A stretch of DNA of 64,000 bases, taken from the NCBI GenBank assembly GCA_000182565.2, contig KQ257455.1. One strand, given 5' to 3'. Origin of the DNA: Spizellomyces punctatus DAOM BR117. Lineage: Eukaryota. A program made the position numbers and the translations under genes. The notes under the pieces were generated by a model. It was not told where the DNA came from. It saw nothing but the letters and a program-made list of their open reading frames with translations, and searched no databases. Below are positions 1-16,250 of the stretch, piece after piece. The first letter of the stretch is position 1, and the number at the start of each line of letters is the position of its first letter.

Positions 1-8
1 TATCTAAA

Positions 9-1469
9 TTGACTGCTGTCAATGTCGCGGATGCACCAGCTGCATTTCCGGTGGCGCTTTTGATTCCCGAATGCACCGACGTTATAGACCCTAGGACATC
101 CACCGCATTCGGTCCGGGGTATGTACCCAATCCAGGACCGATTGCAGTGCAGAACGGCAACATTTCAGCATGCAACGACTCACCGATCAAAGAGGACCGA
201 TATGAGAAGAACAAGCAGGTTTTTTACCAAGCGGTACCTGAGATAGACCCGGATCAAGAGGTGTCTACATACCTCACTCAGGTACCGGAAGCTCCCACAG
301 AGGTAGAGATCCATAATCCTGGAAACCACAATACGTGTGTTCCTTTCACCACCACCGCTCTCAATGAGCATCATGACGACAAAGCGACCCGACCCGCATC
401 GTCACATTTGCCTGGAGAACTCGCGATGAATTCGGGCAAGCAATGTGATACTGGCAGTTGGACGGTAGCGCTAGACGCTTCACTCCGGTTGCCCCAGGAT
501 GCATATATTGAGTCAAGCAAACTCGCGAATATTCCTTGTCAGATATCTGGAAGAGATCCGACGGGGTCATCACCTCTTCACGCCGGGCCGTGGAGCGCAT
601 ACACTTCGTCGCACAGTAATACTTTGACGGTAGGAGCTCCTCGTGAGTCCGTATCGTTCTGTACGCCTTGTACACCACCTGGAACACGTCCCATTCTACT
701 TCCCGACCGCAAACGAGCAAATAGTACGAAATCCTCGATCCCGAGAGCAGTAGTAGGGTCTCCCACCCCGGTGCGATATCATGGGATATCTTATTCTGTT
801 CCTCCACGACTGCAGCTACCTCATGATTACATGGACGTTTCTGGTGGCCAGCTAGAACATCGCCGCAAATCATCAGAGACTGGCTGTGGAGGCGGACACA
901 AGCGTCGAAAAACAGAGGTCTACCTTGAGGAACTATCCTTTGCCACCCTTCCGTCACCGCGTACCGATACTCCGTCCATCAGACACAAAAAAGCCATTAT
1001 TCAAATCAACTGTGAATCAGCGTTATTTAGTCCTGTCGAAGCCCCGATCTCGTCCATGGTGCACGACGCAAGTGAGTCGAAACTTGATTTCTTAACGCGG
1101 GACCAGGAGCTCAAGTTGTTGGATTCACCGGGGCGGATGTGCTATAGGGGGATGACAAGACGTCAAATTGACACGCCAATGGAAGATGATGACGCCTCCA
1201 CTAGCAGGAAGACCATAGGAGCTTTGCCGAATCTGACATCGCAGAGTGATGGGAACGACCCGGACGTACCGGAAGACAATGTGGCATTGTCAAGCAAGAT
1301 GGATGCTAATGTCGCAGATACCAGGGACACAGTGAACGCACATACGCCCTCCCAATCTGTATTGCATGGAGATCACCGTGGTAGTGTCCGTCGAAAGCGT
1401 GGTAGCACCTTGGAAATTGTCATTGATGTGTCGGATCGGCCAAAGCATTATACAAGAGCTTTAGTATAG
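9..1469 (+). CDS. 3' portion of a hypothetical low-complexity (S/P/T-rich) protein; probably truncated by the window edge
   Basis: 486-codon ORF open from the window start, with basic NLS-like patches (HKRRK, RRKR). No recognisable domain. Confidence 0.5.
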   Translation: MTAVNVADAPAAFPVALLIPECTDVIDPRTSTAFGPGYVPNPGPIAVQNGNISACNDSPIKEDRYEKNKQVFYQAVPEIDPDQEVSTYLTQVPEAPTEVEIHNPGNHNTCVPFTTTALNEHHDDKATRPASSHLPGELAMNSGKQCDTGSWTVALDASLRLPQDAYIESSKLANIPCQISGRDPTGSSPLHAGPWSAYTSSHSNTLTVGAPRESVSFCTPCTPPGTRPILLPDRKRANSTKSSIPRAVVGSPTPVRYHGISYSVPPRLQLPHDYMDVSGGQLEHRRKSSETGCGGGHKRRKTEVYLEELSFATLPSPRTDTPSIRHKKAIIQINCESALFSPVEAPISSMVHDASESKLDFLTRDQELKLLDSPGRMCYRGMTRRQIDTPMEDDDASTSRKTIGALPNLTSQSDGNDPDVPEDNVALSSKMDANVADTRDTVNAHTPSQSVLHGDHRGSVRRKRGSTLEIVIDVSDRPKHYTRALV

Positions 1470-1753
1470 AGTTGTGTGCACCTGGTGGTTTTTTGCTGCA
1501 CGTCCGGAGATGATTGTAAATAACCTGTAAGACTAATATTTATGTAAAAAGAACAAGTAAATTCTAATTCCTTTAAGCAATATTTTCGCTGTTTTTATAG
1601 GTGGGTAACGAGAGAGAGAGTGTGTGTGTACTACAATTCCCGGTTACTACAAAAAAAGAAACTCAAAAGAAGCTACCCTTAACCCTAAATCTAAATTCCT
1701 AAAAACTTACTACTAAATCTACGAATGAAATGGGAGGTAATGATCATGTTTTT

Positions 1754-2730
1754 TTAATGGAAGCAGGTATTGCGCAAGCCTATAAAAAAACAAAGGAGGA
1801 GGGGCATGAGCTTCTTGGACACACCAAGAACAAAACTACTTTTTTTCTTGCCAAAACTTACTCTGTTCGTGCACAGGCATCTCATGCTTCTTGAAAGTAT
1901 TCAATTCCTCCCTAATCTGCACTTTCATCTGTGGTGTCAACTTTCTGAACGTGGCATTTCCGTCCGGTTTCCTATTATACTCGCTCTTCCTAAAGGTCGG
2001 CAGCACTTCTACCGTTTCTGCAAACATTAGAATTCTCCTCTCAGCCAACTGCTCTGGGTCTGGCCGTTCACGCAACCGCGAATCTAGGGTATCCGACAAT
2101 TGTGATTTCCTTAACCGTTCCTGTGCGGCAACCAGAGAAGGATCGATGCCTCCAGCTTTTAAAATGTTTAATTCCTCGAGGGCTTCCTTTTCTGGTCGTT
2201 TTTTAAGTATGGAGCGTAAAGAATCTTGTCGTTCTTCGAAATTCAAGGTTTTTTGTAAATCCAACGGACCGACGGGTGTATTCCCACCAAACAAGCTGGG
2301 ATCCGCGATATTTTCATTAGAATCAACGCGAAGGATGTTGCGGAGTTTAAGATCGACCTTGTTGGGTCGGTTTCCGATTTTTCTATTGAGTGTGTCCTTT
2401 GTTTTTTCGGATTCGAGGGCTATTTTTTGTTGGATGATGATGTTTGAGACGGAGGGGTTTAGGTCGTCTTCACGGAGGATGTTGCGTTGCATGAGTTCTT
2501 CAGGGCCTTGTCGGCGGGAGAGTTTTTTGCCTAGGTCTGTTTATGCATAAAGGTGATAAGTAGAAGTTTCTTGAACCGTCTGTGGTGCAATGTGGGGGAA
2601 CTTTTTGCTTACCGGATACTATCCTAGTGAAACCTTTCCCTTGCATATCGCCGTTGAGACCTGCGATTCCCCCTGGGCCGGCCATGGCCGCTGCTACGGA
2701 TGAGTGTGAGTTAACAGCTGCAGACTCCAT
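1754..2730 (-). CDS. RPEL-repeat phosphatase and actin regulator (Phactr/Bni4-like)
   Basis: RPEL motifs NRPNKVDLKLRNIL, KRPEKEALEELNIL and ERPDPEQLAERRIL. PP1-binding C-terminus FAETVEV..EYNRKPD..IREELNTFK. Splicing at the gtaagt donor (~1862) gives the ending HEQSLRNTCFH*. Confidence 0.85.
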
Positions 2731-3759
2731 TTCGTTTCGGGGCTTTCAAGTAAATAAAAAAGTGGAGGGAGGGGAGGGATGTTGTGGTAGAGAGCGAGGA
2801 ATGTGGACGGTAAAACTATCACGAACGGAAAATCGACCAAGTAATATGTTACCAACAGCAGATAGTCCTTGAATGCCAAAAACCCTAGTCTACAATAGAG
2901 GGAGGGGGAAAAAGACCATATGCACAATCCTTTATAAAGCAACAGCCATGTCAATGATACGGAACGAAAAAGCCATTTGCCATGCAATCCATGCCCAAGT
3001 CTAAAAATAGGAATGGATGACAGTAGCAAAAATGGGGTTTTTTTACTTTGATCAATTACTACGCTTGTTCGATGAAGAAATCCGGTTGAGGGATGGGGGG
3101 AATGGGTTGTGTTGACGAAAATAGGATACGATAGACATTTTAAATAACTCGAGAGGCGCGATCATATTGCAAAGGACAATCGGTATGCAAAAAGGGTATC
3201 GTACTTGTCCACACGAGCTCTTTGACTTTTTTTCTTTTTAGAGTATCTGCGAGTGGAGGAGAGTTTATGGTGGGGGTTTTGCAACTTTTGGTACCGTGAT
3301 AGACGAGATGTTAACTTGAGGTACATCCATAAACAAGTAGAATATGGAAGAAATTTTCCATAGTAAAGATCGCCAATGTCGCCGGCGTTCGTTGTGAGGT
3401 GCAGGAGAGATCTATGGAAACCCGTCCTAGTAGCTACTGAGTTGTCTCCCATCGTGGCGTACTGTGTTATGTTGTTATGTAGATAATGTTGATATTCCTT
3501 TCGGTCATTTAATACCCAACGCTTGTAGAATAAACGACATCATTCACGGCGACTCCCTTCGAATCACCACTGGGTCCATATGGCAAACTGCATATCAAAC
3601 AACTTTCAATACAAAAAGGAGATCACAAAAACTACTGATATATTCCAACAAAACAAGTATTTTCTTCAACAAGTTGGAACACTGACCAACTCATTTTATA
3701 TTGTGTTCAATGTACTACTACGCTAACCTAATCCTACGAATAAAATATTCAAGATCCAT

Positions 3760-5069
3760 CTAGGTCTCCCGCTTGATCTCCCACAGTGCGATATGGTTCC
3801 TCAAAACTGCAATCTGCCTTTCCAAAGAGTCAAGCAAGCTGCGCGCATCCCCAGGTGCCATATTCTGGACCTTTGACTGGAAAGTGTCCAACTCTGCAGC
3901 TTGGAACAGGCCACTGGGTACAGGTTGGGGAGGGGGCGAGCGGCGAACCTCGTCGTCAGAGCTACTATCGTCATCAGAATCACGGGGTCGCTTAAGAGAA
4001 CTTGTTCCAGCCGGGGTCGGAGTTACCGCGACCGGAGAGCTCGACAGAGGTATGAGCTGGACAGTTGTTGACGAACCGCTAGTTGCCGTTGGAACAATTA
4101 CGGCGTATCCATTTCCGCTACCAGATGTCACGACGGGTAACTGAAGAGTCGATTGCGCTTTCTGGCGCACATTAGCCGGGCGATGGGTTTGATATTGCTT
4201 GTAATACAACCCTGAGAAACAGTCTTGATGTTACTACCACGTGCCACACCAAAATGCACAATTGTCACTTATTTACCACATGCATTGCACAAACTATGCA
4301 ACCGATCTGCGGTTCGCCTCCACAAGGGAGTTCTATTCGTTCCACAGTTGTAACAAGTAAGGTTACGTGTATTCTCGCGTATCTTCTTTCTCTCCGCCTT
4401 GGAAAGCTTTGCCAGGTCAATGGACGGTAAAAGCTGGATATCAGAAGGTTGAGAAGATGTGGCAACAAAGGGTGTTCTGCCAGCCACGTGCTGCTGCAAA
4501 ACAAGACTCTGAGCCAATGCCGCTGCGGCTGTGGCAGTCGTGTTGACAATATCCAACTGGCTTTGAGACGCAACGCCAGTCCCATTTGCCATCGCCAAGG
4601 CGATACCAGCATTAAAGGCAGCCAAAGGCGCCGACTTTGCAAGCTCCGAAGGAGACTGCGAGATTTGCGGGGTAACTGACGTCAAACGAGCAGTTTGCAT
4701 GTCATGCAAACTGACAGGCGGCGTCTGTTGGGAGCCAACACGCGGCTGGTCCCAATCTGCTGCTGTGGTAGTGAGAATGGAACTGTTGTGAGTCGTAGTC
4801 ACAGGAGTGTGCTGCTCGGAGGTACTGGCAGTGTCGACAAACGGCCCTGCGCAGCTGCCAAACAAGGTTTCCGAAATCAAGTCATTCAAATCCGTAAAGT
4901 TGGGGAGATCGTCTCCAAAAATGTCCCCAACCAACGGTTCCTGCGGCGGCGACGACACGCCATCAGAGAGTATAGGGCTCGTAGCATCACGGCCTGCAAA
5001 ATGGAAACTTGAGAACTTTGACCTTTTGCAGTAGGCCAACGATCTAATGACATACCCTGGTCGGGCCAT
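3760..5069 (-). CDS. GATA zinc-finger transcription factor (5' end uncertain)
   Basis: CYNCGTNRTPLWRR..SLCNACG, then an intron, then LYYKQYQTHRP. Confidence 0.85.
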
Positions 5070-6106
5070 GCGCTGAGGCCACTATCGCATCCAAGCAAGC
5101 TCCAATCAGAAGGGTACGACATGGTAGCTTCGGATGTCATTGTTACAATGTTTTATAAATGTACCAAAGTGTACAGTTTCGGGTGGAAAGCAAACGGTTC
5201 GTTGTTTGCAGTGTGTTCGATGCAGTGTCCGTAAATCAATCGTTTGGCAAGTGCGGACAGGTAAGTGTGGCCGATAGGAAATCAGAAAGTGAGGTGCAAA
5301 AGGCACGTAAAAATCGGTATATGGGAAAAGGTGAAAATATCGCTTCTCAGGTCAACAAAGTATCTTGCAAAGGTGTGTGCGCTCGCTCCTCGTTCAATCG
5401 CAATCGCAGCCAACGTGGTCGCCAGTGACAGTGAAAAAGAAGTATGCCATTTGAAGCTAACAAATAACAGAGTGAAATAGTTGCAGAGTCCACCTCGACA
5501 AGGTCAATGAAGGTGGGTTCCAGCTGTGTTTATGAAAGAGGGCGTGCACACTCGACAGAACAGCGAGTTTCCGGCCGGCCCAAAAGTAAGAAAAAGAAAT
5601 AGAAACTTGAGAAAACAAGTATAAGACGAGCGAGAGCGAGAGCGAGGCAAGTGAGAGCGTTTTTGCGGAGCGAGCAACAACAAGGAAACCGTTCCCCAGC
5701 GCCGCCGCAATAGTGCAATCGCGATTCAAGAAAAAAGAGAATGCACAGAGCTCAGCACCTCAATTTCGTACGATGCTGAACGCTGCAGAGGAAAAGTAAA
5801 CTCTTACGCCGAGAGCGTTGGAAAGAAAAAAAAACCCAAATCGCTCAGATGCTGAGCGCTTTTTGTACCGTTCGACGGCAGAGTCCCGTTGGGGGGGATG
5901 GAAAGATGCCCAAGTATAAAAAATAAAAAAACGCGCTGTGACTAATGGGATTATCACATGGAATTCCTTCCGCAATTTCCCGCTTCTTTAAATGACTTTC
6001 ATCGTCGTCGTTCTTCTTGAAGAAATGTTATTTTGGCAAACAAAGGACTATAAACAATAATTGTAAAAACACATTGCATCTAATCATCATCCAACTAGAA
6101 AAACAA

Positions 6107-8571
<2,465 letters not shown>

Positions 8572-9070
8572 TTACGCAACCGCCATTGGAAGACATTTAG
8601 CAAAAGATGAGAATATCGCCCTTTTTGTTATTTCATGATATGTCTTGTGGATATGGATAAAGGTAATAAGAACAAGTGATGGACATTTCCTGGTCATCAG
8701 GCATTGCATCCGAATGAACATGAATGCCCCTTGCAACCGCTCGCATTTCTTCTCATGAGCATGTACAATGCACGTAAGTGCTTCCATTGTGTTGCGATGC
8801 TCCATCATCAAACGATATCTCAAAAAAACTTAAAAAAAAGGTTCAGATGCAGTCTCGTAATCAAGATCACGCATGTGGCTTGTATCTCCACATTCACACA
8901 GTCACGTTGCCATTCAATTTCATGCGCCACACGAATCTGGGCGGGGGCAGCGCGGAGAAGGATTGGCAACTGCATGCAAAAGTCCCTTCTTGCAAAAGAA
9001 TCAGCACCCATAGCCAACCTCTTCCTTTGTTGGTTCGGTCAACTCACCCTTACGTCCCATTTGATCAAAG

Positions 9071-9900
9071 ATGGTACGGATTAGCGTTGGATTTTTCGGC
9101 GGAGGCTCGATGGGCGGATGGATGGCGGTGATGATGGATGGATGGATGTTTGAGAGGTTGGAGGGAGGACTCGACATGTTGCATGACATGTGCAATTTGA
9201 CTTTCGGTTTTTACATTTGTGGAGTGCGGAAGTATGGTTGATTACGGGGTGTCAAGGAAGAGGGTTGTGTGTTGAGGCGGCTAGGCAATTCCTCTGATTG
9301 GGTTACCTGAACATTGTCAAAATGAGGATCTGAGGAGATTTGGATGCATGTGCTGATTGGAGGGACGGAAGGAGACTTTGGAGGAGGCGACTGCTTCAGA
9401 GAGAGACGAGGAGGATCTGTGAACAAGCTGGGAGTAACTTGCGTGGTGGCAATCACTAATGTCAAGTTTCTTGCCCACAGACCAAGGGTACTCAGGCCTT
9501 CGGTAAGCGTCACACCAAGTCGCACACCCTCTGCCGCAGGTGTGGACGCCGCTCCTTCCACAACCAAAAGAAGACCTGCGCGCAGTGTGGTTACCCTGCC
9601 GCAAAGATTCGTCACTGTAAGTTTGAATGTCGCGCACTGTAAGAATACCAAGAGATGGTGTATCTTACGATGGCCATTTTTTTTAGTCGAGTGGAGCGAA
9701 AAGGGTAAGCGCAGAAAGACCACCGGCACTGGGCGTATGAGGTACTTGAAGACTGTTGCTCGTCGCTTCAAGAACGGTTTCCGTGAAGGTAAGCCTTGCT
9801 TTAATTTTGCATCTTGACGACTGATCTCCTGGCTAATGTATCTACTCTATCAGGTACTGCTGCCAAGCCTAAGGCTCGTGCTGCTGCTCCCTCTTCGTAA
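9071..9900 (+). CDS. RPL37: 60S ribosomal protein L37 (eL37), 4 exons
   Basis: ATG|gtacgg at 9071. Exon from 9481 reads [39 protein letters not shown], then [23 protein letters not shown] at 9898-9900. Confidence 0.95.
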
Positions 9901-10549
9901 ATGTGATGCCGGTAGTGGGGATGTCCATATATAGTGATTTTGAGAATATAATGGCATTCGGATGACAGCTTCATTCCTGGACTGTTGGATTTCGCTGGAA
10001 ACGTTATGGCAATCTCTTGTTGGACGCGGAGGAAATGCATGGAATGTAATCATAGAGGATTGAAAGCGCTGGAGAGACATGCATCGTTTTCAATGAATGA
10101 AATGCTCGTTCTTTGCTGCAAAACCCTTGGAATCCATTGCGTGGCTCATTTTAAGGCAAATTCCTAGGGTGTTTGCCCGTACCATGGAATTCATAGAAGC
10201 CTTATTGCTGTGCCGCTGCTCTCATTGGCTGTATTTGTATGACTGTGCCGCAAGCCTCCTTGATCTTCCACCTTGTAGCGCAGCACACTGTTGCGTTCAA
10301 CTTTCCAGTATCCTTTGCCTTTGTCATCGACTCTGGCCGTGAACGATCGCATCTATAATTACTACAAAGACGCCCCGAGTACAGCGCTGATTCTCTCTCG
10401 TGGTCATAATCTCCTCACTGTCCTGGGATTCCCTCTAGAAGGTTAGGAGGATCGCGTGCCGACCTGTCATCACAGCGGATTCTGATCGTAAAGTAAACCA
10501 ACGCGTATAGCAATTTTGCAAAAGTGACGAGCAAGTGCGGTTGTATGCC

Positions 10550-11408
10550 ATGTCAAATTCAGACCAAAGAGCAGAGGACATTGCCGCACATGTATGTATA
10601 TTATAGTCTGTTGAAGATGACGGGGTTGACTGGGGAGATCTGTGAAAAGACGGCTAGGCGGCCTGGGTACAACACCTTTGGTGTTGGTTCCTTTGTAGTG
10701 CGCGCGATACGGTTTCCTTTTGATTGTTTGCCTTATCCCATTCGCAATGACTAATGTTCCCCGCGCTCTTTTATTTTGTATTTCTCTTTTGGTCTCGCGG
10801 CCGATAGCGTGAGGAGATCTACTACAGCAGCCGGTACAGTGACGATGAGAACGAATATCGCCATGTGACGCTGCCCAAACAAATTGGTAAGTTGACTGGA
10901 AAAGATATGTGATTGACACATGTGCTTATTATTTCTTCATCCCGCATATTCATATATTAGCGCGATGGGTTCCGGAAGGTATGAAAAAGACATTAAGACT
11001 TTACAACCCGTATTTTACATATTCCTTATGTTACATTGTTTAGGCCGCCTAATGTCTGAAGAGGAATGGCGTGACCTGGGTGTGCAGCAAAGTGCAGGAT
11101 GGGAACACTACATGATTCATGGTACGCCTTTTGCTTGCATGTGTATTTTATTCCCCTACTGTTCAGCAGAAATGCTCATTATGAACGTACATCCTAGCTC
11201 CGGAGCCTCACATTTTGCTCTTCCGCCGAGAGAAGGATTATCAGGTTTGTATGATTGTTAAAAGCTCGATGACGAGGGTTTGGCGAGGTTTTGATAAAGA
11301 AACACATCCATTTCACAGCTAAAGTATCCCAACGGCAAGCCGAAACAGTCAACATCAAGCACAACGACTGCAACAAAGGCCGGAGCAGTGGGCGGGTTGG
11401 CAGGCTAA
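10550..11408 (+). CDS. CKS1: Cyclin-dependent kinase regulatory subunit, 6 short exons
   Basis: Spliced product contains [42 protein letters not shown] and [10 protein letters not shown]. Confidence 0.93.
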
Positions 11409-11642
11409 TTCAAGATGGACAGTACTCAGTTATTGCTTGGGGTGTTTAGTTTTATTTTTTGTATATAGGACAGTAGATATCCGTGGTGATACATGGCTAG
11501 GTGATGATGGTGGAGGACGTTTCTAAGCGTCGTTCTCTTGATGTGGCGGTGGTTGTAATTCGTCTGCGAATGTGTGTACTTTATGTCCGAGAATAAGGTC
11601 ATTCTATATGTGAGCAGCTGCTGATTCACAAAGTGATGGGGC

Positions 11643-13712
11643 CTACCTCCTGAAAATTCCGCGACAATGGGTATCAGATACAAAAGCCTAGAGCAAGTAA
11701 CTTAAACAAGAACGTACCAGCCATAGCAAGGATTTGTTTGGCGGTGGTTTGATCATGAAGGTTCACGTCGGCTCGGCGGGTCGCATCTCGTTCCTCAAAT
11801 TTCCACTCACGACGTTGAATCTGGCTAGCCTTTTCTCCGCCTTAAGGTACCGGCAAGGTTATACACTACTTGGGGCCTTTCAACGGGAACTTGTACACAT
11901 ACCCAATCCAATGACCTGTGCATTTTCAAAATCTGTCGTGAGCACAGTTAAAGCAAAATGACACGCACAACAACTCAACGCTCACCTCCACATCATCCAC
12001 ATCAAACGTCAGTTTATCACCCTCGTATCCTGTAAAATCGTACGTTGCAAGTTTATTCGCCAAAACCGGCTGATAGGTCGCTGTCTGGAGGTCTGTAGAT
12101 AAACTAGTCGACATGTTACGAAATCTGTTGACGTGAATCAACGGGACGGTCAAGACAAAACTTACTTGAAATTATTCGCTTCGCCACCAAACCCCAAAAC
12201 ACCCTTCTCAGCAGAAAAGAATGCGAAATGGTCACCAGCAGGTGCGGACTTTGCACGGTGGACTCGGAATGTCGGTTCCAGTTGGAATAGGAGAAATCCA
12301 GGCGTTCCCCAAAATTGGCGGCTCTTTTTCCAGGGTCTGCAGTGTTGGGATGACCGTAAATGTAAGGTCCGAATACTCTGTCGAGTCAAATATGGTACTT
12401 GCCCGTCTATATAGGCACCGACAACAATTGCCGGTTGATTGGCATCTATTTTGGACGGAAGAGAGCCAGATATGATAAGAAGGGTTGGCCTTGGATCTAA
12501 AAGCAGAAACTTGATCAGTGAGCACCAACAGTTATTAGCTGTGGTAATCGAACAGTATACATTTTAGCGTATGATACTCGAACCGGTTACTGCTCAACAA
12601 ATACAAAATGTCAGCGATCAAGAAACAGATCCCAATCGAGAGAGAACACGTACATACTGTATCCCTATAAAAATCAAAATACACATTCAGAAAAAAAAAA
12701 AAAAAAACAGCCTGAAAGCGCACCAGAATCTTGCACTATGCGAAAGCGTACATCTCGTCTAGCGGAAAAGAGAACCTCCCATTGCATCTGTGCCTCGCTC
12801 TCCTCGTTCTTAGCGGTCGGCTGCCAAGCTGGTAAGAATGTAGATAACAGCCAAACAAGGCCATCGGATAGGATTTCACTTTCCCCGTGCAACGTAGGCA
12901 AATGTTTGCTTCCCGTTTCCGTGCTTGGGAGGCCCGAATTGAACGCAAGCAGGCGGTGAGAGATGACAGTTTGGAGTGGTTTAAAGATAAACGGCGCGTT
13001 TTTATTGAGCCAAGTGTGAAGCTGGGATATCGATATCATCTTGTCGCCGCTTTTCGCAGGTCCAGCAGCAGAGTGGAAGATTTGATGCGCAAGTTGACCG
13101 ATACGAGGAGATGTGGGTAGCAGGTCCTCCTGAGGCAATCTTAGTTCCCCTCCATTCAAAGTTTGGAGCTCTGCCACAGCTGCAGCTGCACAACCACTTA
13201 GGATTTCAGAGAGATCCGTCTCATTCAGTTCGCTACGACCGCGATTCAAATAAGATAGAACACAAACGCATCGATCCAAAACTTGTGCCGTCTGCTCTTT
13301 GTCTGTCGGGGCCAATAAACTCTCATCCAATAGTACGTACAGCGCTTCAAGTAGCGCTTCATACGTTAGGGTTGGTGTGTTGTGCGTGGTGCAGATACCG
13401 TTGTATAGACGAGAGACAAGCGGATCTGGAAGGCCTACGAGGTCCTACAAGCGTGTCAGAGGGAGACGTTCTGCTCAAGAAGATCTCAAATAGTACAAGT
13501 ACCGTAAATGTGTTCTTTGTTAGCACCCGATCAGTACCACTCTGCTGTGTATCTACGCCAGCTACTCGACGCACAATGCGCCGCACTGTGGGAGAGAGCC
13601 TTTGTTCTAAGTCAACCACATTGTTTGGGGCCGTTCCAAGTGATGCGTGTGATGCTTGTGCAGTTGCTGGAACGTCGTCAGGTCTGTGCGAGGTTGACTG
13701 TGAGCTGCCCAT
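11643..13712 (-). CDS. N-myristoylated TLDc-domain protein (RTC5/MEAK7-like); 3' end approximate
   Basis: MGSSQS start, WEVLFSARRD, FLFQLEP..VLGFGG, and VEVSVE-type TLDc segments. Confidence 0.7.
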
Positions 13713-13963
13713 TTTGACGATCAGATTTCAGTGGTAAAGAACTGACGAAGTTGCCAGCCACGATCGCGCATTGCGTAAGCCAACCAATGGCTTGCATGAC
13801 TGCAAATGCATAGGAAAGCGCAAGAACGGAAAGCAGCTCATACTGCAATGCCGATTGTATTTTCCTCAAATGACAAGTACTTGTATGTATCAGTGCCGTA
13901 TAGGATTTCATATCAAAATGGTAGGGTACGAATACAAGTGGTGTGGTATAAACACAATCACAA

Positions 13964-16019
13964 TTACATAACAAGACACTTGTCTTTCTTCTTGTCTCCC
14001 TTTGCGCTCCCGCTGCTCCTGCGCGAGGTATCACCTTGCCCTGCCCTCCCATGACTATGACTCGCATATTCCGCCTCTTGCTGTCTTCGCACATATGCAT
14101 CATGTCTGACGTTCTCCTCCTCCTGGAGTGAGAGTGCTAGCGCCAAGTCCGATGACGCTTGAGTGGCCTCGCGTCCTTGACCTCCGACATCCACGTAGTC
14201 CTCCAGGCCGATCATGCTAGGCTGTTGTCCTCCTGAAAGGTTTGCACTCGGGATATGCTCTGATTCGCCAGACGTTTCGAATCGGTTAAAGCAACCATCC
14301 ACAAATGACGAGTCTCCTTCCACGTTATCCATTGTCTCCCACACGACAGCTTCGGCTCCTACGAATCCTTGGTCGGTAACAAGTGTATACAATGCAATTG
14401 TACCGTCCTTTCCGACCCGCTTGAACAAAGTGCAAAAATGATTGTTGCGGAATAATACCGCCAGCGAATTAGGTTCCAAAGTTTCACATAGAGTTTGTAG
14501 TCCATGGTAGGTCAGCTGTGACGCGGTTGCATCTAAAAACCCTTTGCATACAAGGCCCTCATGAATGAGTTGGTCGCGCTTCCGAGATGCCTCTTCATAT
14601 TCTTCTTCGGTCACCATTTTCTCTTTGCCTTTTGCTTGATGTGCCGCTGCAATCTCACCCTCGATAACCTTTTCCACAACTTGATTGTAACTTCCGCATT
14701 CAGAAACTACCACACGATACGTCTCCTCATCTTGGGGATCTACGGTCCAGCCATGACATAATATAATTTTGAAGAGATCAAACACCAGGAGACTGGAGGT
14801 TACTTCGAAGGAGAAGGGTGAATCGAAGCGTACATTGACATCCAATCCTGTTTGTAATGTCTGCATGTATAATGGATCAGTATGTGCACAGTACAAAGTG
14901 AAATGTGTATTTGAAGAAAGAGTTGATACCCACTGGTATGATCTCAAGGACATCTGTGAAATTCTTTGAAAAGTCTGCGGATGTATGACGGACGGATGAA
15001 AACGATGGTGATGTAGGGGATGATGCATTGGGACTACTCAGGGGTAGCCGGGTTGTCAGCCAGTCTCCTATTAGCTCAACAATATATTCATAATCCACTT
15101 CATCTCTTTCATATCTGATTTCGATATCTCCCCTCAACAGCAGCACATTGCAGAGTGCGAGGAGCGGACAAGGTCCATTGCGATTTTGCGTGATAATCTT
15201 GAGTCTTCGTGGGGTATCCGTCCTTGGATCCAAGTACGTGATCGGTTTAAGTCTGTAAGATTTATCAGCCGATTGCTGTGCGGGAAGATCGGACTGCGGG
15301 GGAGGGTGCGGCGAAGGTGACGGAAGGGATGAGCGACGAGGACCAACAGGCGGACGCTGAGGCTCATGTTGTTCTTGGGACGTCCCATCTGCTACAGTTG
15401 GAGCGTTTCCCGTGTTCTCTGCTGTATTTTCAATGGATTGACTTGTTGCTGTGTGTGAACGTGTCTCAACCTCTTTCGTAGAGTCGGTTATTTCTGGATG
15501 GTGTGATGTGGTTGGGGTGGAAGCTAGCAGCTCAGTTGGCAAAGACTGCGATTGTGACGGTACAGATTCCAACTTTGAGACATTCAATAGGGTAGCTTCA
15601 TGCAGAGAGGACACGCCCGGTTCCTCTTGTGATAGCGACTCTTGTGCTCTTTCTGCTGGTGCTTGGCGCTCCTCAAGGAGACCCACATGCTTCTCCGGCA
15701 CGATAGAGTCGTTCGCGTTCGCAGCCTGTGTGGTATTTGCCGTAGGCTCTACGGGAGGCGCTTGTACATCCTTGTCGTTTATAGCAGCAACGTCAGATGG
15801 TGGAGAGCTGACTGTGCGTTCAATTTCGCCTGCCGCGGTTGAAGAGAGGTTGATATCCTGGGGTTGTTCATGTTCGACGGTTGTGTCGCTCGCTTTGGCA
15901 TCGCTACCAGCCCGCGAGGATGGTGACTTTTGCTCTGGGCCGTCATGTATCTCGTATGAATATGGGTCGTCGTCGTCTGCTGCTGCTGTGAGCTGCTGCT
16001 GCTGCTGCTGCTCTGACAT
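13964..16019 (-). CDS. MINDY1/2-family (FAM63/DUF544) K48 deubiquitinase
   Basis: Catalytic IITQNRNGPCPLLALCN and LFRNNHF motifs, MIU-like SDLALALSLQEEE, and C-terminal CaaX KKKDKCLVM. One intron at about 14856-14931. Confidence 0.9.
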
Positions 16020-16136
16020 TGTTCAACCCAAAAGCCCAAACTCCTTCAGCCCTCGTCGTGCACACAAAAGACTGTTTATCAAGAAAGCACGCGCTCTGAA
16101 CGCTGGTTACGTGTTTAACGCCTGCTATGCCAACTA

Positions 16137-16140
16137 CATA
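16137..16140 (+). other. CATA target-adjacent motif (TAM); includes the left TA target-site duplication (16139-16140)
   Basis: caactaCATA|gtgcgg at the left junction. CATA is the TAM reported for S. punctatus Fanzor1. Confidence 0.85.
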
Positions 16141-16168
16141 GTGCGGAGCCGATGGGTATTGGCACTAG
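16141..16168 (+). repeat. Left terminal inverted repeat
   Basis: gtgcggagccgatgggtattggcactag is the exact reverse complement of 18252-18279 (30 bp if the TA is included). Confidence 0.97.
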
Positions 16169-16243
16169 TACAGTGATTCCAACCAATTGAATCATAATTT
16201 TACTCGATTTAGACTCATGAACTATGGTTTGATCCAAAAATCC

Positions 16244-16250
16244 TATATAA
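16244..16250 (+). promoter_or_regulatory. Putative TATA box of the Fanzor gene
   Basis: TATATAA lies 57 bp upstream of ATG 16301, inside the element and downstream of the alternative in-frame ATG at 16217. Confidence 0.45.

Noticed and set aside
1675-1720. Telomere-like CCCTAA/CTAAA runs
   Set aside because: Only one true CCCTAA, within an AT-rich 3' UTR.
3685-3699. Partial match to the Fanzor guide (accaactc)
   Set aside because: Only 8 nt and no CATA TAM. A similar 9-nt hit near 42487 also lacks the TAM.
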